Below, piece by piece: positions 9,703-20,852 of a stretch of DNA of 64,000 nt (positions are counted from its first letter, which is position 1; each line of letters begins with the position of its first letter). The stretch is from Polyangiales bacterium (GTDB taxonomy: Bacteria > Myxococcota_A > Polyangia > Polyangiales > Polyangiaceae): assembly GCA_038230375.1 (NCBI GenBank), contig JBBRNJ010000002.1, positions 64,001 to 128,000 on the forward strand, given 5' to 3'. Under the pieces are notes generated by a model. The model was not told the DNA's origin. It was given only the letters and a program-made list of their open reading frames with translations, and ran no database searches. A program made the translations under genes and the position numbers.

Positions 9703-10538
9703 CTACGGAACGAGGACGGTGCCTACGCTTCCGGGGTTTTCTACTTCCTTGAAGAGCTCTCCCTTTTCCAGTTTGCCGACGACATGGACGGCGCGGACGC
9801 CTTCGGCGATGGCGGCGAAGCTCTCTTCGACCTTCGGGATCATGCCCTTGGTGATGATGCCATCGGCGATCGCCTTCTTGCTGTCCGCCAGCGTGAGCTT
9901 CTGGATGCGTGAGGAGGGGTCGGCGATGTCGCGCATCACGCCGCGTACGTCGCTCACCAGGACAAGCGCGGTTGCGTCCAGCAGGATGCTGACCTTGTTC
10001 GCGACGACGTCCGCGTTGATGTTGTAGACGTTGCCCTGCTCGTCCGCGCCCATGCACGCGAGCACCGGAATGAAGCCCGCTCCCACGAGCAGCGAGAGCA
10101 GCTTCTCGTTCAGCCCGGTCACGTCGCCTACGTAACCGAAATCGATCGGATCGGGGCCGCCGCCCGAGACGATCTTCGGCGGGCGCCTCGTGGCGCGCAC
10201 CGTCGCCGAGCTGGCTCCGTGAAGACCCACGGGCTGCGCGCCTGCACCAAGGAGCGCCGAGCACAGATCCACGTTGACCTGACCCGCCACGGTCATCTTC
10301 ATGACATCGAGCGTGGCCTTGTCCGTGATGCGACGACCGCCCACGATGTTCGGCTCTTGCCCGAGCGCCTTCTGGAGAGCCGTGGCCTGCGGCCCACCGC
10401 CGTGCACCACCACCACCGGTTTGCCTGCGCGCGACAGCTCCGCGATGTCCGCCGCCAGGGCAGGGAGGTACGGGCCGTTCACGACCTCACCCCCCAGCTT
10501 GATGACGACTGCGCCCTTCACCTGCGACGCCGATGTTG

Positions 10539-10542
<4 letters not shown>
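9703..10542 (-). CDS. argB: Acetylglutamate kinase
   Basis: VIKLGG, VVVHGGG, GRRIT, NINAD, GMIPK; GTG start overlapping the argC stop. Confidence 0.92.
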
Positions 10543-11605
<1,063 letters not shown>

Positions 11606-11609
<4 letters not shown>

Positions 11610-12379
11610 GCGCGCGAGGTTAGTCGATCCTTCTCGGTGTCGCCAGCAGCGGGGGATGAGGGCGCGGCCTCGGGCGCGATGGTGCCCAAGATCCAGTCCC
11701 AGAGAGGAAGCGTGACGTTGAAGTTCCAGCGCTGCATCAGCTCAGGATCGTGGTGCCGCGCATGGTGCTTGCGCAGGACGCGGACCAACCAGCGACGTCC
11801 GATGAAGCTGTCCTCCGGGAGGTGATAGCTCGTGTGCGAGAGCTCGTACGTCACCATGTAGAGCGCGGCCGTCAGAAGCATCAGCCAGCCGACGTTCGGC
11901 GTGACCAGGAAGCCCACCAGCGCGGCGAGCGGCGCCAGGCCGATCACGATGCCCACGACGCCCGCCGCCGGGATGAGCACCAGGCGCAGCTCACGCGGCT
12001 CGCGGATGGTCATCGCGTGTTCGGTGAAGACCATGTGGTGCACGGGCGTGTGTCGGTCGTAGATGATCTCCAGAAAGCGACGGCGACGATGCAGGATGTG
12101 CTTGTGCGCGCGCCACTCGAACAGGTTCGCCAGCACGAAGACCAGCGGTGGCACCAGCCACTCGAGCGGGCGCACATGGTGCACGTAGATCACGCCGAGC
12201 ACGAGCATCACCACGCCAGTGCCCGTGGTCGTGAGGAGATGGCCCCACGGGCTGTACCAGCGTGGCAGCTTCTCGAGCGCCCGCTTGCGAATGCGCTCGC
12301 TCCGCTCCGCCTGGGTCTCCAGAGCTGGCGCGTGCGGTGCGTCGCGGTTGTCGGGGGTGTGTGAAGGAGCCGCCTCCAT
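11606..12379 (-). CDS. Fatty acid hydroxylase / sterol desaturase family membrane protein
   Basis: His boxes HKHILH, HTPVHH, H...H, HHARHH, then NFNVT..WD..LGT. Confidence 0.85.
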
Positions 12380-12446
12380 CCATGTACTCTGCGTTCTGCA
12401 AATACAGAACGCAAGGAAAAGCCGTTTCGCGCGGTATATTCGCTGC

Positions 12447-13622
12447 ATGGCGAATGACCCTGGCGACGACGCGGCCCGCTGGCTCGAGGACAAGCTCCCC
12501 ACGATGGAGGACGCGCTCGCCACGCTGGTCGAGAAGAACTCGTTCACCGAGAACAGGGACGGCGGGCTCGCGGTGGGCACGCTGCTCGCGGAGCTGTTCG
12601 CGAGCAAGCACGTCACGCTGGACCGCACGCCCAGCGCGAAGTTCGCGGACCACCTCACGTGGAGCTCGTCGTGGAAGCCGAAGACGGATCGGCGCATAGC
12701 GCTGGTCGGGCACCTTGACACTGTGTTCCCGCCAGGAACGTTCGAGGGCTACAAGCGCGACGGCGATCTTGCGCGCGGACCTGGCGTACTCGACATGAAG
12801 GGCGGGCTCGTGGTGATCGCGTTCGCGCTGCGCGCGCTCATGGAGACCATAGGGATGGAGCTCTTGCCCGCGCTGAAATTGATCTGCGTCGCGGATGAGG
12901 AGGTCGGCTCGCCGGAGGGCAAGGACGTCATCAAGCGCGCGATCGGCGGCTTCGATGCATGCCTCGTCTTCGAGGCCGGGCGCAAGGGTGATGCGATCAT
13001 CACGCGGCGAAAGGGCACCGGCGGCATGACGGCCATCGCGCATGGCAAGGCCGCGCATGCCGGCAACGCACATGCAGAAGGCAAGAACGCGATCTGGGCG
13101 CTCGCCCGCTTCGTGGACAGGGTGCAGGTGCTCACCGACTACGCACGCGGCGTGTCCGTGAACGTGGGCAAGTTCAGCGGAGGAGACAGCAAGAACACGG
13201 TGCCTGATCGCGCAGAAGCAGCCCTGGATATCCGGTTCGAGACGAAGGTAGATGCGGATGCACTCATCGCTGCGATCGAGTCGGTTGCGCGGGATGCTGC
13301 AGTGGAGGGGACTCGCATCGAGCTCCTTGGCGGTGTGGCGCGCCTGCCGCTCGAGCGCACGGACGCGAGCGCACGCCTCCTCTCCGAGTACGCGGTGGGC
13401 GCGGTTGCCTCCGGTCTTGGCGGCGGAGAGGCGGGCCTGATCGGCGGTGGCTCGGACGCGAGCACGTCCCACGAGATCGGCATTGCCAGTATCGACGGGC
13501 TCGGGCCGCGCGGCATCGGCTTTCACACCAAGGACGAGCAGATCGAGCGACTCACCCTGGTGCGGAAGGCCCAGGCCCTGGCGCGCTTCCTCATTCACGC
13601 CGGCCTCGCAAAAGGCGCATGA
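12447..13622 (+). CDS. M20 family metallopeptidase (glutamate carboxypeptidase-like)
   Basis: GHLDTV, GPGVLDMKGG, DEEVGS, GKAAHAG, GGGSD, DGLG, H..DE. Confidence 0.9.
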   Translation: MANDPGDDAARWLEDKLPTMEDALATLVEKNSFTENRDGGLAVGTLLAELFASKHVTLDRTPSAKFADHLTWSSSWKPKTDRRIALVGHLDTVFPPGTFEGYKRDGDLARGPGVLDMKGGLVVIAFALRALMETIGMELLPALKLICVADEEVGSPEGKDVIKRAIGGFDACLVFEAGRKGDAIITRRKGTGGMTAIAHGKAAHAGNAHAEGKNAIWALARFVDRVQVLTDYARGVSVNVGKFSGGDSKNTVPDRAEAALDIRFETKVDADALIAAIESVARDAAVEGTRIELLGGVARLPLERTDASARLLSEYAVGAVASGLGGGEAGLIGGGSDASTSHEIGIASIDGLGPRGIGFHTKDEQIERLTLVRKAQALARFLIHAGLAKGA

Positions 13623-13666
13623 TCGGGCTCCCAAGGCGAAGCCCCGTACGCGTGTCAGAAGAGTTG

Positions 13667-14863
13667 ATGACGACCAAGCTCGCGGCGCTCGTCCCGGTCT
13701 TCTTGCTCCTGTCCGCGTCCGGATGCGCCACGCCGGGAGGCGCGGTCCCGCAGATCGCGGTGAGCCCCGAGGCCGCTGCGCGTTCGTGTATCATACACAC
13801 ATGTGGAACGCCGCCCGCGGACCTCGCAGGTGTGCCGGTGCGTCCGGACGCGCCAGCGTACGTGCATGTGATGGAGGCGAGGCACGGCGAGGACACCGCG
13901 AACGCGCCCGACGTGGAGCTGGGCAACCCGGAGATCCGCTTGCTCGTGCGTGCGCGCGTGGGCGTACCGCTCGAGCTCCTCGCGCTGGGGGATGCGGACT
14001 CGTACCGCATCGACGTGAGCGCCGCTCCCACGCTGGCGCCGCGCATCGTCGTGGGCGCGCTCGTGGGGGCTGACGGCACGGAGCGCGGCCTCATCACGGA
14101 CCGCGTGACCATGTTCCCCGCGGAGGACGGCTCTGCCACGGTGACCGTGTTCGGCCACGACGGCGCGAACGCGCAGGTGCATGCGACCACCACGTTCAAG
14201 CTCGCGCGCGGAGATCGCGCGGTCCTCGTCTCCACTACGATCGAGAACACGGGCACCACGCCGATGGACGCGGCAGACATGCAAGATCACGTCACGTGGG
14301 CCGGCATGCGGGCGTTCGTTCCTGGCGCCACGCGCGCGAACGCGGCGGTGGACGCGCGCGAGTTCACGGGGCCGTACGTTGCCGCTGTCGGTGACAAAGA
14401 CAGCGTCGCGTTCACGTCCACCGAGGGCGAGGTCGCGGCGACCCTCGACAAGACGTCGGCGCGGATCCACCTGTCACGCGCGCTCGCGCTAACGCCGCGG
14501 AGCCAGAAGAGCTTCGACCGTGTGATGGTGGTCGGCACGCGCGCGGACTCGTCCAGCGTGGTCGCAGAGCTCCTGCGCGCCTCGGGCATCCCGACCGGTG
14601 CGGTGCGTGTGAGCGTGTTCTCGCGAGAGGACGAGAGCGGCACCGCCGTGACGCCCGTCACTGCTGGCCGCCCGCAAGAGCTCATCGTGCGCGCCGGCGG
14701 CGCAGACGCGCTCACAGTGCGCATGCCCAGCGCCACGTTCGACGTGGAGCTGCCGGAGGGCACGTTTACCATCCGGTCCAAGGGCCAGCCCGAAAGCGCC
14801 GGCGTGGCCGTCACGATTCATGCGGGATTGGTCGCAAATATCAGCGTCCCGCTTGCACGCTGA
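13667..14863 (+). CDS. Hypothetical lipoprotein
   Basis: Lipobox LSASGC after a hydrophobic stretch; long ORF with genome-like codon bias. Confidence 0.7.
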   Translation: MTTKLAALVPVFLLLSASGCATPGGAVPQIAVSPEAAARSCIIHTCGTPPADLAGVPVRPDAPAYVHVMEARHGEDTANAPDVELGNPEIRLLVRARVGVPLELLALGDADSYRIDVSAAPTLAPRIVVGALVGADGTERGLITDRVTMFPAEDGSATVTVFGHDGANAQVHATTTFKLARGDRAVLVSTTIENTGTTPMDAADMQDHVTWAGMRAFVPGATRANAAVDAREFTGPYVAAVGDKDSVAFTSTEGEVAATLDKTSARIHLSRALALTPRSQKSFDRVMVVGTRADSSSVVAELLRASGIPTGAVRVSVFSREDESGTAVTPVTAGRPQELIVRAGGADALTVRMPSATFDVELPEGTFTIRSKGQPESAGVAVTIHAGLVANISVPLAR

Positions 14864-14895
14864 CCGATAGGTCAGTATATGCCTACCGTATGGTA
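14860..14895. promoter_or_regulatory. Two tandem inverted repeats, probable TetR operators
   Basis: CTGACC-GATA-GGTCAG (14860-14875) and TACC-GTAT-GGTA (14884-14895), sharing ACC-N4-GGT; the second overlaps the tetR ATG. Confidence 0.7.
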
Positions 14896-15582
14896 TCCAA
14901 GGCCATTGCGGCGGCGCCAGAGCCCACCATGCGAGACCGCATCCTCACGGAGGCGACGCGCCTCTTCGCGGCTGCGGGGTTCGACGGCACCTCGCTGAAG
15001 GAGGTCGCGGACGCGGTTGGCCTCTCCAAGCCGGCGGTGCTCCATCACTTTGGCAGCAAGGAGGAGCTCCGCACCGCGGTGATCGAGTCCATCCTCGCGC
15101 ACTGGCACGACGAGCTGCCGCGCCTGTTGCTCGCTGCTTCCGGTAGTGGTGATCGCTTCGACGCCGTCCTTGGTGAGCTCACGCGCTTCTTCCGCGACGA
15201 TCCAAACCGCGCCCGCATGCTCCTTCGCGAGGCCCTCGACCGGCCAGCAGAGTTCGGGGCGCTTCTTCGCGGACCCGTGCGGCCGTGGTTGATGGCCGTG
15301 TCCGGCTACATCGAGGCCGGAAAGGACAACGGCAAGCACCACGCCGACGTCGACCCCGAGGCCTACGTCGTCATGGTGATGGAGATGGTCATCTTCGCGG
15401 CGGCGACAGCGAACCTGGCGCCGGCGGTGTTGCCCGGCCAGGACGCCGCGGGCCGGTGCGAGCGTGAGCTCTCGCGCATTGCCAAGTCCGCCTTGTTCGT
15501 CTCGCGGCCGAAGAAGAAGATCGCGGCGCGCCCGACCGAGCTACGTGGAAAGAGCAGTCGTCCTTCGAGGAGATCAGCATGA
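14890..15582 (+). CDS. TetR/AcrR family transcriptional regulator
   Basis: RILTEATRLFAAAGFDGTSLKEVADAVGLSKPAVLHHFGSKEEL helix-turn-helix. Confidence 0.93.
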   Translation: MVSKAIAAAPEPTMRDRILTEATRLFAAAGFDGTSLKEVADAVGLSKPAVLHHFGSKEELRTAVIESILAHWHDELPRLLLAASGSGDRFDAVLGELTRFFRDDPNRARMLLREALDRPAEFGALLRGPVRPWLMAVSGYIEAGKDNGKHHADVDPEAYVVMVMEMVIFAAATANLAPAVLPGQDAAGRCERELSRIAKSALFVSRPKKKIAARPTELRGKSSRPSRRSA

Positions 15583-17528
15583 GCTTCTACGCCGACAACG
15601 AGGACATCCGGTTCTACTTCGAGCGCGCGATCCCCTGGGACGCGATCCGCGCCGCCGCCCGCTACAAGGGCCGCGAGGTCACGTTCGCGACCACCGAGGA
15701 GGCCGCGGAGTTCTATCGCGAGGTGGGCGCGTCCGTCGGTGAGCTCGTCGCGAAGGAGCTCGCTCCGCGTGTCGCCAAGATCGACCGCGAGGGCGCAACC
15801 CTTGTCAACGGCGAGGCGCACGACAGCCCCGAGATGGCCGCTGCGTTCCGCGCGTTCAAGGACGCAGAGCTGCATCGCATGTGCATCCCGTCCGAGCTCG
15901 GCGGCCTGGACGTTCCGCTGATCGTCTACTTCCTGGGCGGCGAGATGATCGCGCGCGCGGACGTCTCCGCCATGACCCACTTCTCGTTCCACGGCGGCAT
16001 GGGCCTGGCGATGCTCTGGTACTCGATGCAGGAGGGCACCACCAAGCTGGGGCCCGATGGCATCGACTTCGCCGGCACGCGCTTCGCTTCGTACATCCAG
16101 GAGCTCGCGCGCGGCGACGCGTGGGGAGCCATGGACATCACGGAGCCGAACGCCGGTAGCGACATGGCGGCGCTCCGCACGCGCGCGGAGCTCGGGGCGG
16201 ATGGCGTCTACCGTCTCCACGGGCAGAAGATCTTCATCACCTCGGGCCACGGCAAGTTCCATTTTGTGGTCGCGCGCACCGAGGAAACACCCGGAGCGGA
16301 GCATCGCGAGCCGAACGATCCGCTCTCTGGCCTGGGCGGCCTCTCCATGTTCCTGGTGAAGGCGTACGACGATCTCCCGAACGGCGAGCGGAAGCGCCAC
16401 GTTGTGATCGAGCGCCTCGAGGAGAAGCTGGGGCACCACGGGTCCGTGACCGCCGCTCTCCAGTTCGACGGCGTACCGGGCGAGCTGATCGGCAAGCGAG
16501 GCGAGGGCTTCAAGTACATGCTCACGCTCATGAACGGGGCGCGCGTGGGCGTCGGCTTCGAGGCGATCGGCCTTGCGGAGGCCGCGATGCGCATGGCGCG
16601 CGCCTACGCCGAAGAGCGCTGCAGCATGGGCAAGCCCATCGCGCGGCACGAGATGATCGCGGACTACCTGGACGAGATGGAGGTCGACATCAAGGCGCTC
16701 CGCGCGCTGGCGGTGACGTGCGCTCTGAACGAGGAGCTCGCGCAGAAGCTGTTCATGTTCAGCGAGGCAGGCGACGGTACCGCAGAGGAACGCGCCCGCG
16801 CGAAGGCGGAGATGGCGAAGCGGAAGCACGATGGACGCCGCCTCACGCCGCTGCTCAAGTATGCCGCGACGGAGAAGGCGCTCGAGATCGCGCGTCGCAA
16901 CATGCAGATCCACGGCGGCGTGGGCTACACGAAGGAGTACGGCGCCGAGCGCCTCATGCGCGACGCATTGGTCCTTCCCGTATACGAGGGCACGAGCCAG
17001 ATCCAGTCCCTCATGGCCATGAAGGACACACTGGGCGACATCATGAAGCGCCCGCAGGCGTTCGCGATGCGTGTCGCCGAGGCAAGGTGGCAGTCGCTCT
17101 CCGCACGTGATCCTCTCGCGCGCCGTCTCGCGAAGATGAGCGCGCTGTCGCTCTCCGCACAGCAACACCTGCTCGCGCGCACGGCGAAGGACAAGTGGAA
17201 GACGCTGGCGAAGGAGCCCATGTCCTCGTGGATGGTGGCGCTGAAGAAGGACTGGGATCCCAAGAAGGACTTCGCGCGCGCCATGCTGCATGCGGAGCGC
17301 CTCACGAAGATCCTGGCGGACGTCGCCATCGCGGAGATCCTGTTCGAGCAGGGCGAGAAGTGGCCGGAGCGGCGTGACCTCTGCGAGCGCTGGCTCGATC
17401 GCGCCGAGCTCCGCGTCAGGGCGATGCACGAGGAGATCACGACGACCGGCGATCGCTTGCTCGCAAGGCTCGAGGCCCAGGAGCACGAGGCACGAGCGTC
17501 GGGAGAAGCCCGCGCCGCCGCAGAGTAG
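15579..17528 (+). CDS. Acyl-CoA dehydrogenase (long form with C-terminal extension)
   Basis: MDITEPNAGSD, GQKIFITSG, EEKLG, MQIHGGVGY, YEGTSQIQ; ATGA overlap with tetR. Confidence 0.93.
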   Translation: MSFYADNEDIRFYFERAIPWDAIRAAARYKGREVTFATTEEAAEFYREVGASVGELVAKELAPRVAKIDREGATLVNGEAHDSPEMAAAFRAFKDAELHRMCIPSELGGLDVPLIVYFLGGEMIARADVSAMTHFSFHGGMGLAMLWYSMQEGTTKLGPDGIDFAGTRFASYIQELARGDAWGAMDITEPNAGSDMAALRTRAELGADGVYRLHGQKIFITSGHGKFHFVVARTEETPGAEHREPNDPLSGLGGLSMFLVKAYDDLPNGERKRHVVIERLEEKLGHHGSVTAALQFDGVPGELIGKRGEGFKYMLTLMNGARVGVGFEAIGLAEAAMRMARAYAEERCSMGKPIARHEMIADYLDEMEVDIKALRALAVTCALNEELAQKLFMFSEAGDGTAEERARAKAEMAKRKHDGRRLTPLLKYAATEKALEIARRNMQIHGGVGYTKEYGAERLMRDALVLPVYEGTSQIQSLMAMKDTLGDIMKRPQAFAMRVAEARWQSLSARDPLARRLAKMSALSLSAQQHLLARTAKDKWKTLAKEPMSSWMVALKKDWDPKKDFARAMLHAERLTKILADVAIAEILFEQGEKWPERRDLCERWLDRAELRVRAMHEEITTTGDRLLARLEAQEHEARASGEARAAAE

Positions 17529-17542
17529 CGGTGCCCTGGGGC

Positions 17543-18412
17543 TCAGCCCTTGGTCGCGACCGCGAGCCGCTCGAGCATTGGTAGTACGGGCGGCGTCCGG
17601 GTGTGTGCCTGCGCCCACTCGAACGGTCCCGTGTCCTCGCGTGGCGAGAACCCGGCCGCGGCGAGCAATTGCGCCATGTCGGCGCGTGAGTAGAGCCCGC
17701 GCAGCGGCTCGCCGATCAGCGAGAATACTGCGCGGATCAGCGGCCGCGTGCTCTTCGGTACGGGGGACAGCTCGGGGAGCGCGTACGTGACGGCGAGCGC
17801 ACTGCCGGGCGCGAGCAGCTCGGACAGAACGGCGGCCGTGCCCTTCGCTGCTTCCGCGGTGAGATACATCGTCACGCCCTCCCAGATCACGAACGTGGGC
17901 CGCGTCCGATCAAACCTGGCGGTGTCGAGAGCGCGCGCAAGTGAGTCTTTCTCGAAGTCGACGGGGACGTAGGTGATGTCCGCGTAAGGCGCGAGGTCTC
18001 TGGCGCGCGCGCGCTTCTCTGCCTGCGTGCTGGGGTGGTCCACCTCGAAGCAGGGCACATCCGTGAGCTGGGGTAGCCGATAGGCGCGCGCGTCCGCGCC
18101 CGCACCAAGAAGCATCACCTGCGGCAGGTCCGTTCGCGCAAGGAACCGGAGGAGCGCGGCGTCGATCGCGAGCGTGCGCAGCTCGATGTGGTGCACCAGT
18201 CCACCCGTGGCCATTCGAAGCGCGATGTTCCCGGCGCGTGTCAGCGCCACGGTGCCGAGCGCGCCCACGGCTGCCCCCATTCCCCCCGGGAGCAAGTTCT
18301 TCGCGAACGGATCGAGTACGCCGTCGCTCGCTCCTGAGGCATCGGCCTCGCCGCGCGCGAGTCCACGCGCAGCCGAAACGAGCAAAGCGGTGAGGCTCTC
18401 TCTCTTCTCCAT
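17543..18412 (-). CDS. SAM-dependent methyltransferase (LCM-type family)
   Basis: RT..ID, LLGAG.DARAYRL, FEVDHP, VDF, WEGVTMYL. Confidence 0.9.
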   Translation of the reverse strand: MEKRESLTALLVSAARGLARGEADASGASDGVLDPFAKNLLPGGMGAAVGALGTVALTRAGNIALRMATGGLVHHIELRTLAIDAALLRFLARTDLPQVMLLGAGADARAYRLPQLTDVPCFEVDHPSTQAEKRARARDLAPYADITYVPVDFEKDSLARALDTARFDRTRPTFVIWEGVTMYLTAEAAKGTAAVLSELLAPGSALAVTYALPELSPVPKSTRPLIRAVFSLIGEPLRGLYSRADMAQLLAAAGFSPREDTGPFEWAQAHTRTPPVLPMLERLAVATKG

Positions 18413-18421
18413 CGTCTCCTC

Positions 18422-18943
18422 CTACGGCACGTGCGAGATGATCTCCCAGTGTGTGACGAGGGGATCGCGGTACTGGACGCATGTCGTACGCGGAAGGTCG
18501 CAGCCGCGGTAGGAGCCCGTGCACGCAGGATTCGAAGTCGGGGTTCCTCCGGCGTTCGTGCACGAGGCGTCACTCGGCGCGCAGGAGGAGAGGTACGTGG
18601 TGACGCTCTGCGCGCAGATCGTGTTGTTCATGACGCCCACGCACACGTTGAGCTGCGCGCGAGGGTTCGAGTTCTGAGTTGCCGCAGTGAGAACCATGGC
18701 CATCTCGCCAGCGACGCATGGTCCCGCGGGAAGGTGCTGCCAGAGGGGCAGTTGCACCGGGCGATTCGCGGCGAGCATGCGGTTGACCACCGCGCTCGGG
18801 TCAGCCACTTGCGGGACGATCGTCGGCGGAGCCACCATCGTGGTCACTGTCTCCGCACGCACCACCGCAGCGGTGGTTCCGATCAGCGCAGCGCTGAAGA
18901 CCGAGAGGAAGAGGGCTACGCGGACAGGATGTACGATTCTCAT
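18422..18943 (-). CDS. Hypothetical secreted Cys-containing protein
   Basis: Signal peptide (MRIVH...VRA/E) and eight Cys residues; fills the gap upstream of the methyltransferase. Confidence 0.6.
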   Translation of the reverse strand: MRIVHPVRVALFLSVFSAALIGTTAAVVRAETVTTMVAPPTIVPQVADPSAVVNRMLAANRPVQLPLWQHLPAGPCVAGEMAMVLTAATQNSNPRAQLNVCVGVMNNTICAQSVTTYLSSCAPSDASCTNAGGTPTSNPACTGSYRGCDLPRTTCVQYRDPLVTHWEIISHVP

Positions 18944-19067
18944 GCTCGCACCGTAGTCCAGGCGCCGGACCCCGAAAAGGCGAAAGGCTCGTGGCGTCAC
19001 ACGCGGTCGAGGCACGCACCGTCCACGGTGAGAGCTTCGTGCAGGCGCATGCGCTAGAGTGCGCGCA

Positions 19068-20564
19068 ATGTCACGCGACCTTCACCTCGCGCTGATCCTT
19101 CTCACGCTTGTCGCGTGCGCGTCCAGGCCGCCTCGTTCTCATGAGGCGGTGACGGCGGTGGCGGTGGTGATCGCGGATGCAGCCGCGCCGGAGGTGCCTG
19201 ATGCCGGGGCTGGCCTTCCGCCCTCACGCGTGCGCTGGGAGCCGACGGAATGGGTCTCGTGGGAAGGTGGGACAGGCTACGTCGCGAGCGGACGGCGCGT
19301 CGTCCGCGATGCCAGCGGCGATCACGTGGTCGATCCAGCCGATCCGCCGCTCGAGTATGTGCTCAAGGTCCCAGCGACGCTCGGACGCGGGTACGTCTTC
19401 CTTGGTCCGATCAACGTTTACGCCTCCGAGCGGTTCGACGGACCGCTCAACCCAGTCGTCAGGCGCACGGACCGCGCCGGCAGGATGTTCGTCGGGCTCG
19501 GCTTCGACGCGATCTATCTCGACTACTCCGGCGCTTCCCTCGAACGCTACGAGCTGCCGAGCGGCCGCCCGCTTCCGATCGAGCCGCCGAACGCCGTGCG
19601 TGTGATGGGCCATCCGCTCGGCTATGTCGTCGCGGCCGTCCATGGCTCCTATGTCTTCGCGGACGCGCCGGGAACGTGGAAGCCCTTGAACCTCAAGACC
19701 GACTCGCGGAGCGGGGGTGACATCTTCTGGCATCCGAAGCAGGGGCTCCTCGTCAACACGACGAAGGGCTTCGTCGCGGTCGAGGCCGGCGGCCGCACGA
19801 AGCCGAGCGCGCAGCGGGCCACCCGCGAGTTCTTCGCCGAGACCAGCGAGCGCGGCGCCTTCGTCGAGCTTGCCTCGAACACGCTCGACGCGGTCGGCGA
19901 CCGTCCTTCGTCGAGCGCTGGCGATCTGTGGGACGCCGAGCGTCTGGACGGCGATGTCGTCGCGGTGAAGCACAGCACCTGCTCGGGCGCGACGTCCAAA
20001 CCGAATGTACTCTGCATCAAAAAACGCGACGGCAAGTGGACCGAGGGATGGCTGCCGGAGGCGAACGTCGATTGGAGCATCGCGATCTGGGCCTCGAAGG
20101 GCGACAAGCTCCTGGGCCTTCTGGGGAACGCTCAGGCGTGCGTCCTCGTCGCACCGCTCGACCAAAAGCACGTCGCGCTGCCGTGCCCCGGCTTCATGGT
20201 TTCGGGCGACGCGCATGGTCGGGGGAGCATCACGCCCGCAGGCGCCCTCCGCGTGGTGCTCGGCCACGTCACCGGGATCGGTATCAGCGAGATCTCGCTC
20301 GACGGCACGGTGGTCGACGAGCCGCTGCCGCCCCACATCCAGTCCTCGACCGCAGGCCGGCGCGCCCTGCTCGTGCTCACCGATCGCACGCTGCTGGAGA
20401 CGAACGACGACGGCAAGTCGTGGGTGCAGGTCCCGCCGCCGCCGTTCGGGGTGAGCCGGCTCGAGCTCGCGAGTGGCCAAGCACGTGGGTGGCTCAGCGC
20501 GTGCGCCGAGTCGGGCTGCCGATTCTACGACGGCACCCGTCGCGTAGGGTGGGAGCTGCCGTAG
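19068..20564 (+). CDS. Hypothetical lipoprotein
   Basis: Lipobox LVAC; BNR-like motif TNDDGKSW near the C-terminus; alternative GTG start at 19059. Confidence 0.7.
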   Translation: MSRDLHLALILLTLVACASRPPRSHEAVTAVAVVIADAAAPEVPDAGAGLPPSRVRWEPTEWVSWEGGTGYVASGRRVVRDASGDHVVDPADPPLEYVLKVPATLGRGYVFLGPINVYASERFDGPLNPVVRRTDRAGRMFVGLGFDAIYLDYSGASLERYELPSGRPLPIEPPNAVRVMGHPLGYVVAAVHGSYVFADAPGTWKPLNLKTDSRSGGDIFWHPKQGLLVNTTKGFVAVEAGGRTKPSAQRATREFFAETSERGAFVELASNTLDAVGDRPSSSAGDLWDAERLDGDVVAVKHSTCSGATSKPNVLCIKKRDGKWTEGWLPEANVDWSIAIWASKGDKLLGLLGNAQACVLVAPLDQKHVALPCPGFMVSGDAHGRGSITPAGALRVVLGHVTGIGISEISLDGTVVDEPLPPHIQSSTAGRRALLVLTDRTLLETNDDGKSWVQVPPPPFGVSRLELASGQARGWLSACAESGCRFYDGTRRVGWELP

Positions 20565-20602
20565 GCCCTTCGCGGCCGCCCTGTCCAGAAAGCGCAAAGC
20601 GT

Positions 20603-20632
20603 AAAGGCTCGGTCGCTTTCGCCACCGAGCCT
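20603..20632 (-). terminator. Stem-loop downstream of tRNA-Pro
   Basis: AGGCTCGGT...ACCGAGCCT perfect 9-bp stem between the convergent CDS and tRNA. Confidence 0.65.
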
Positions 20633-20638
20633 CTTCAG

Positions 20639-20713
20639 TCGGGGCGAGTGGATTCGAACCACCGACCCCTAGACCCCCAGTCTAGTGCGCTAACCAGGCT
20701 GCGCTACGCCCCG
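20639..20713 (-). tRNA. tRNA-Pro (GGG), CCA end not encoded
   Basis: CGGGGCG acceptor stem, D-loop AGCCTGGTTAGC, anticodon stem CTAGA/TCTAG with loop CTGGGGG, T-loop GGTTCGAATCC. Confidence 0.97.
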
Positions 20714-20852
20714 ACGTTTCCGTGTTTCCACGAAAGCGGGCGGACCTTAGCGCCGTGGCGTACCAAAAGACATCGAAATCCTTCGCGCGCCACAAAGCGA
20801 AGAACCCCGCGTTGCTCGCGCAGCGTAGGGCTCATTCAAGTGGCGTTGGAGA

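Noticed and set aside
12447..13622. M20 enzyme as ArgE because of proximity to argCB
   Set aside because: Divergent, separated by another gene, and motifs fit the glutamate-carboxypeptidase-like group; specificity cannot be assigned
18422..20713. Integrative element at tRNA-Pro
   Set aside because: No integrase and no duplicated tRNA 3' end found; only a 9-bp GGATTCGAA match near 18528
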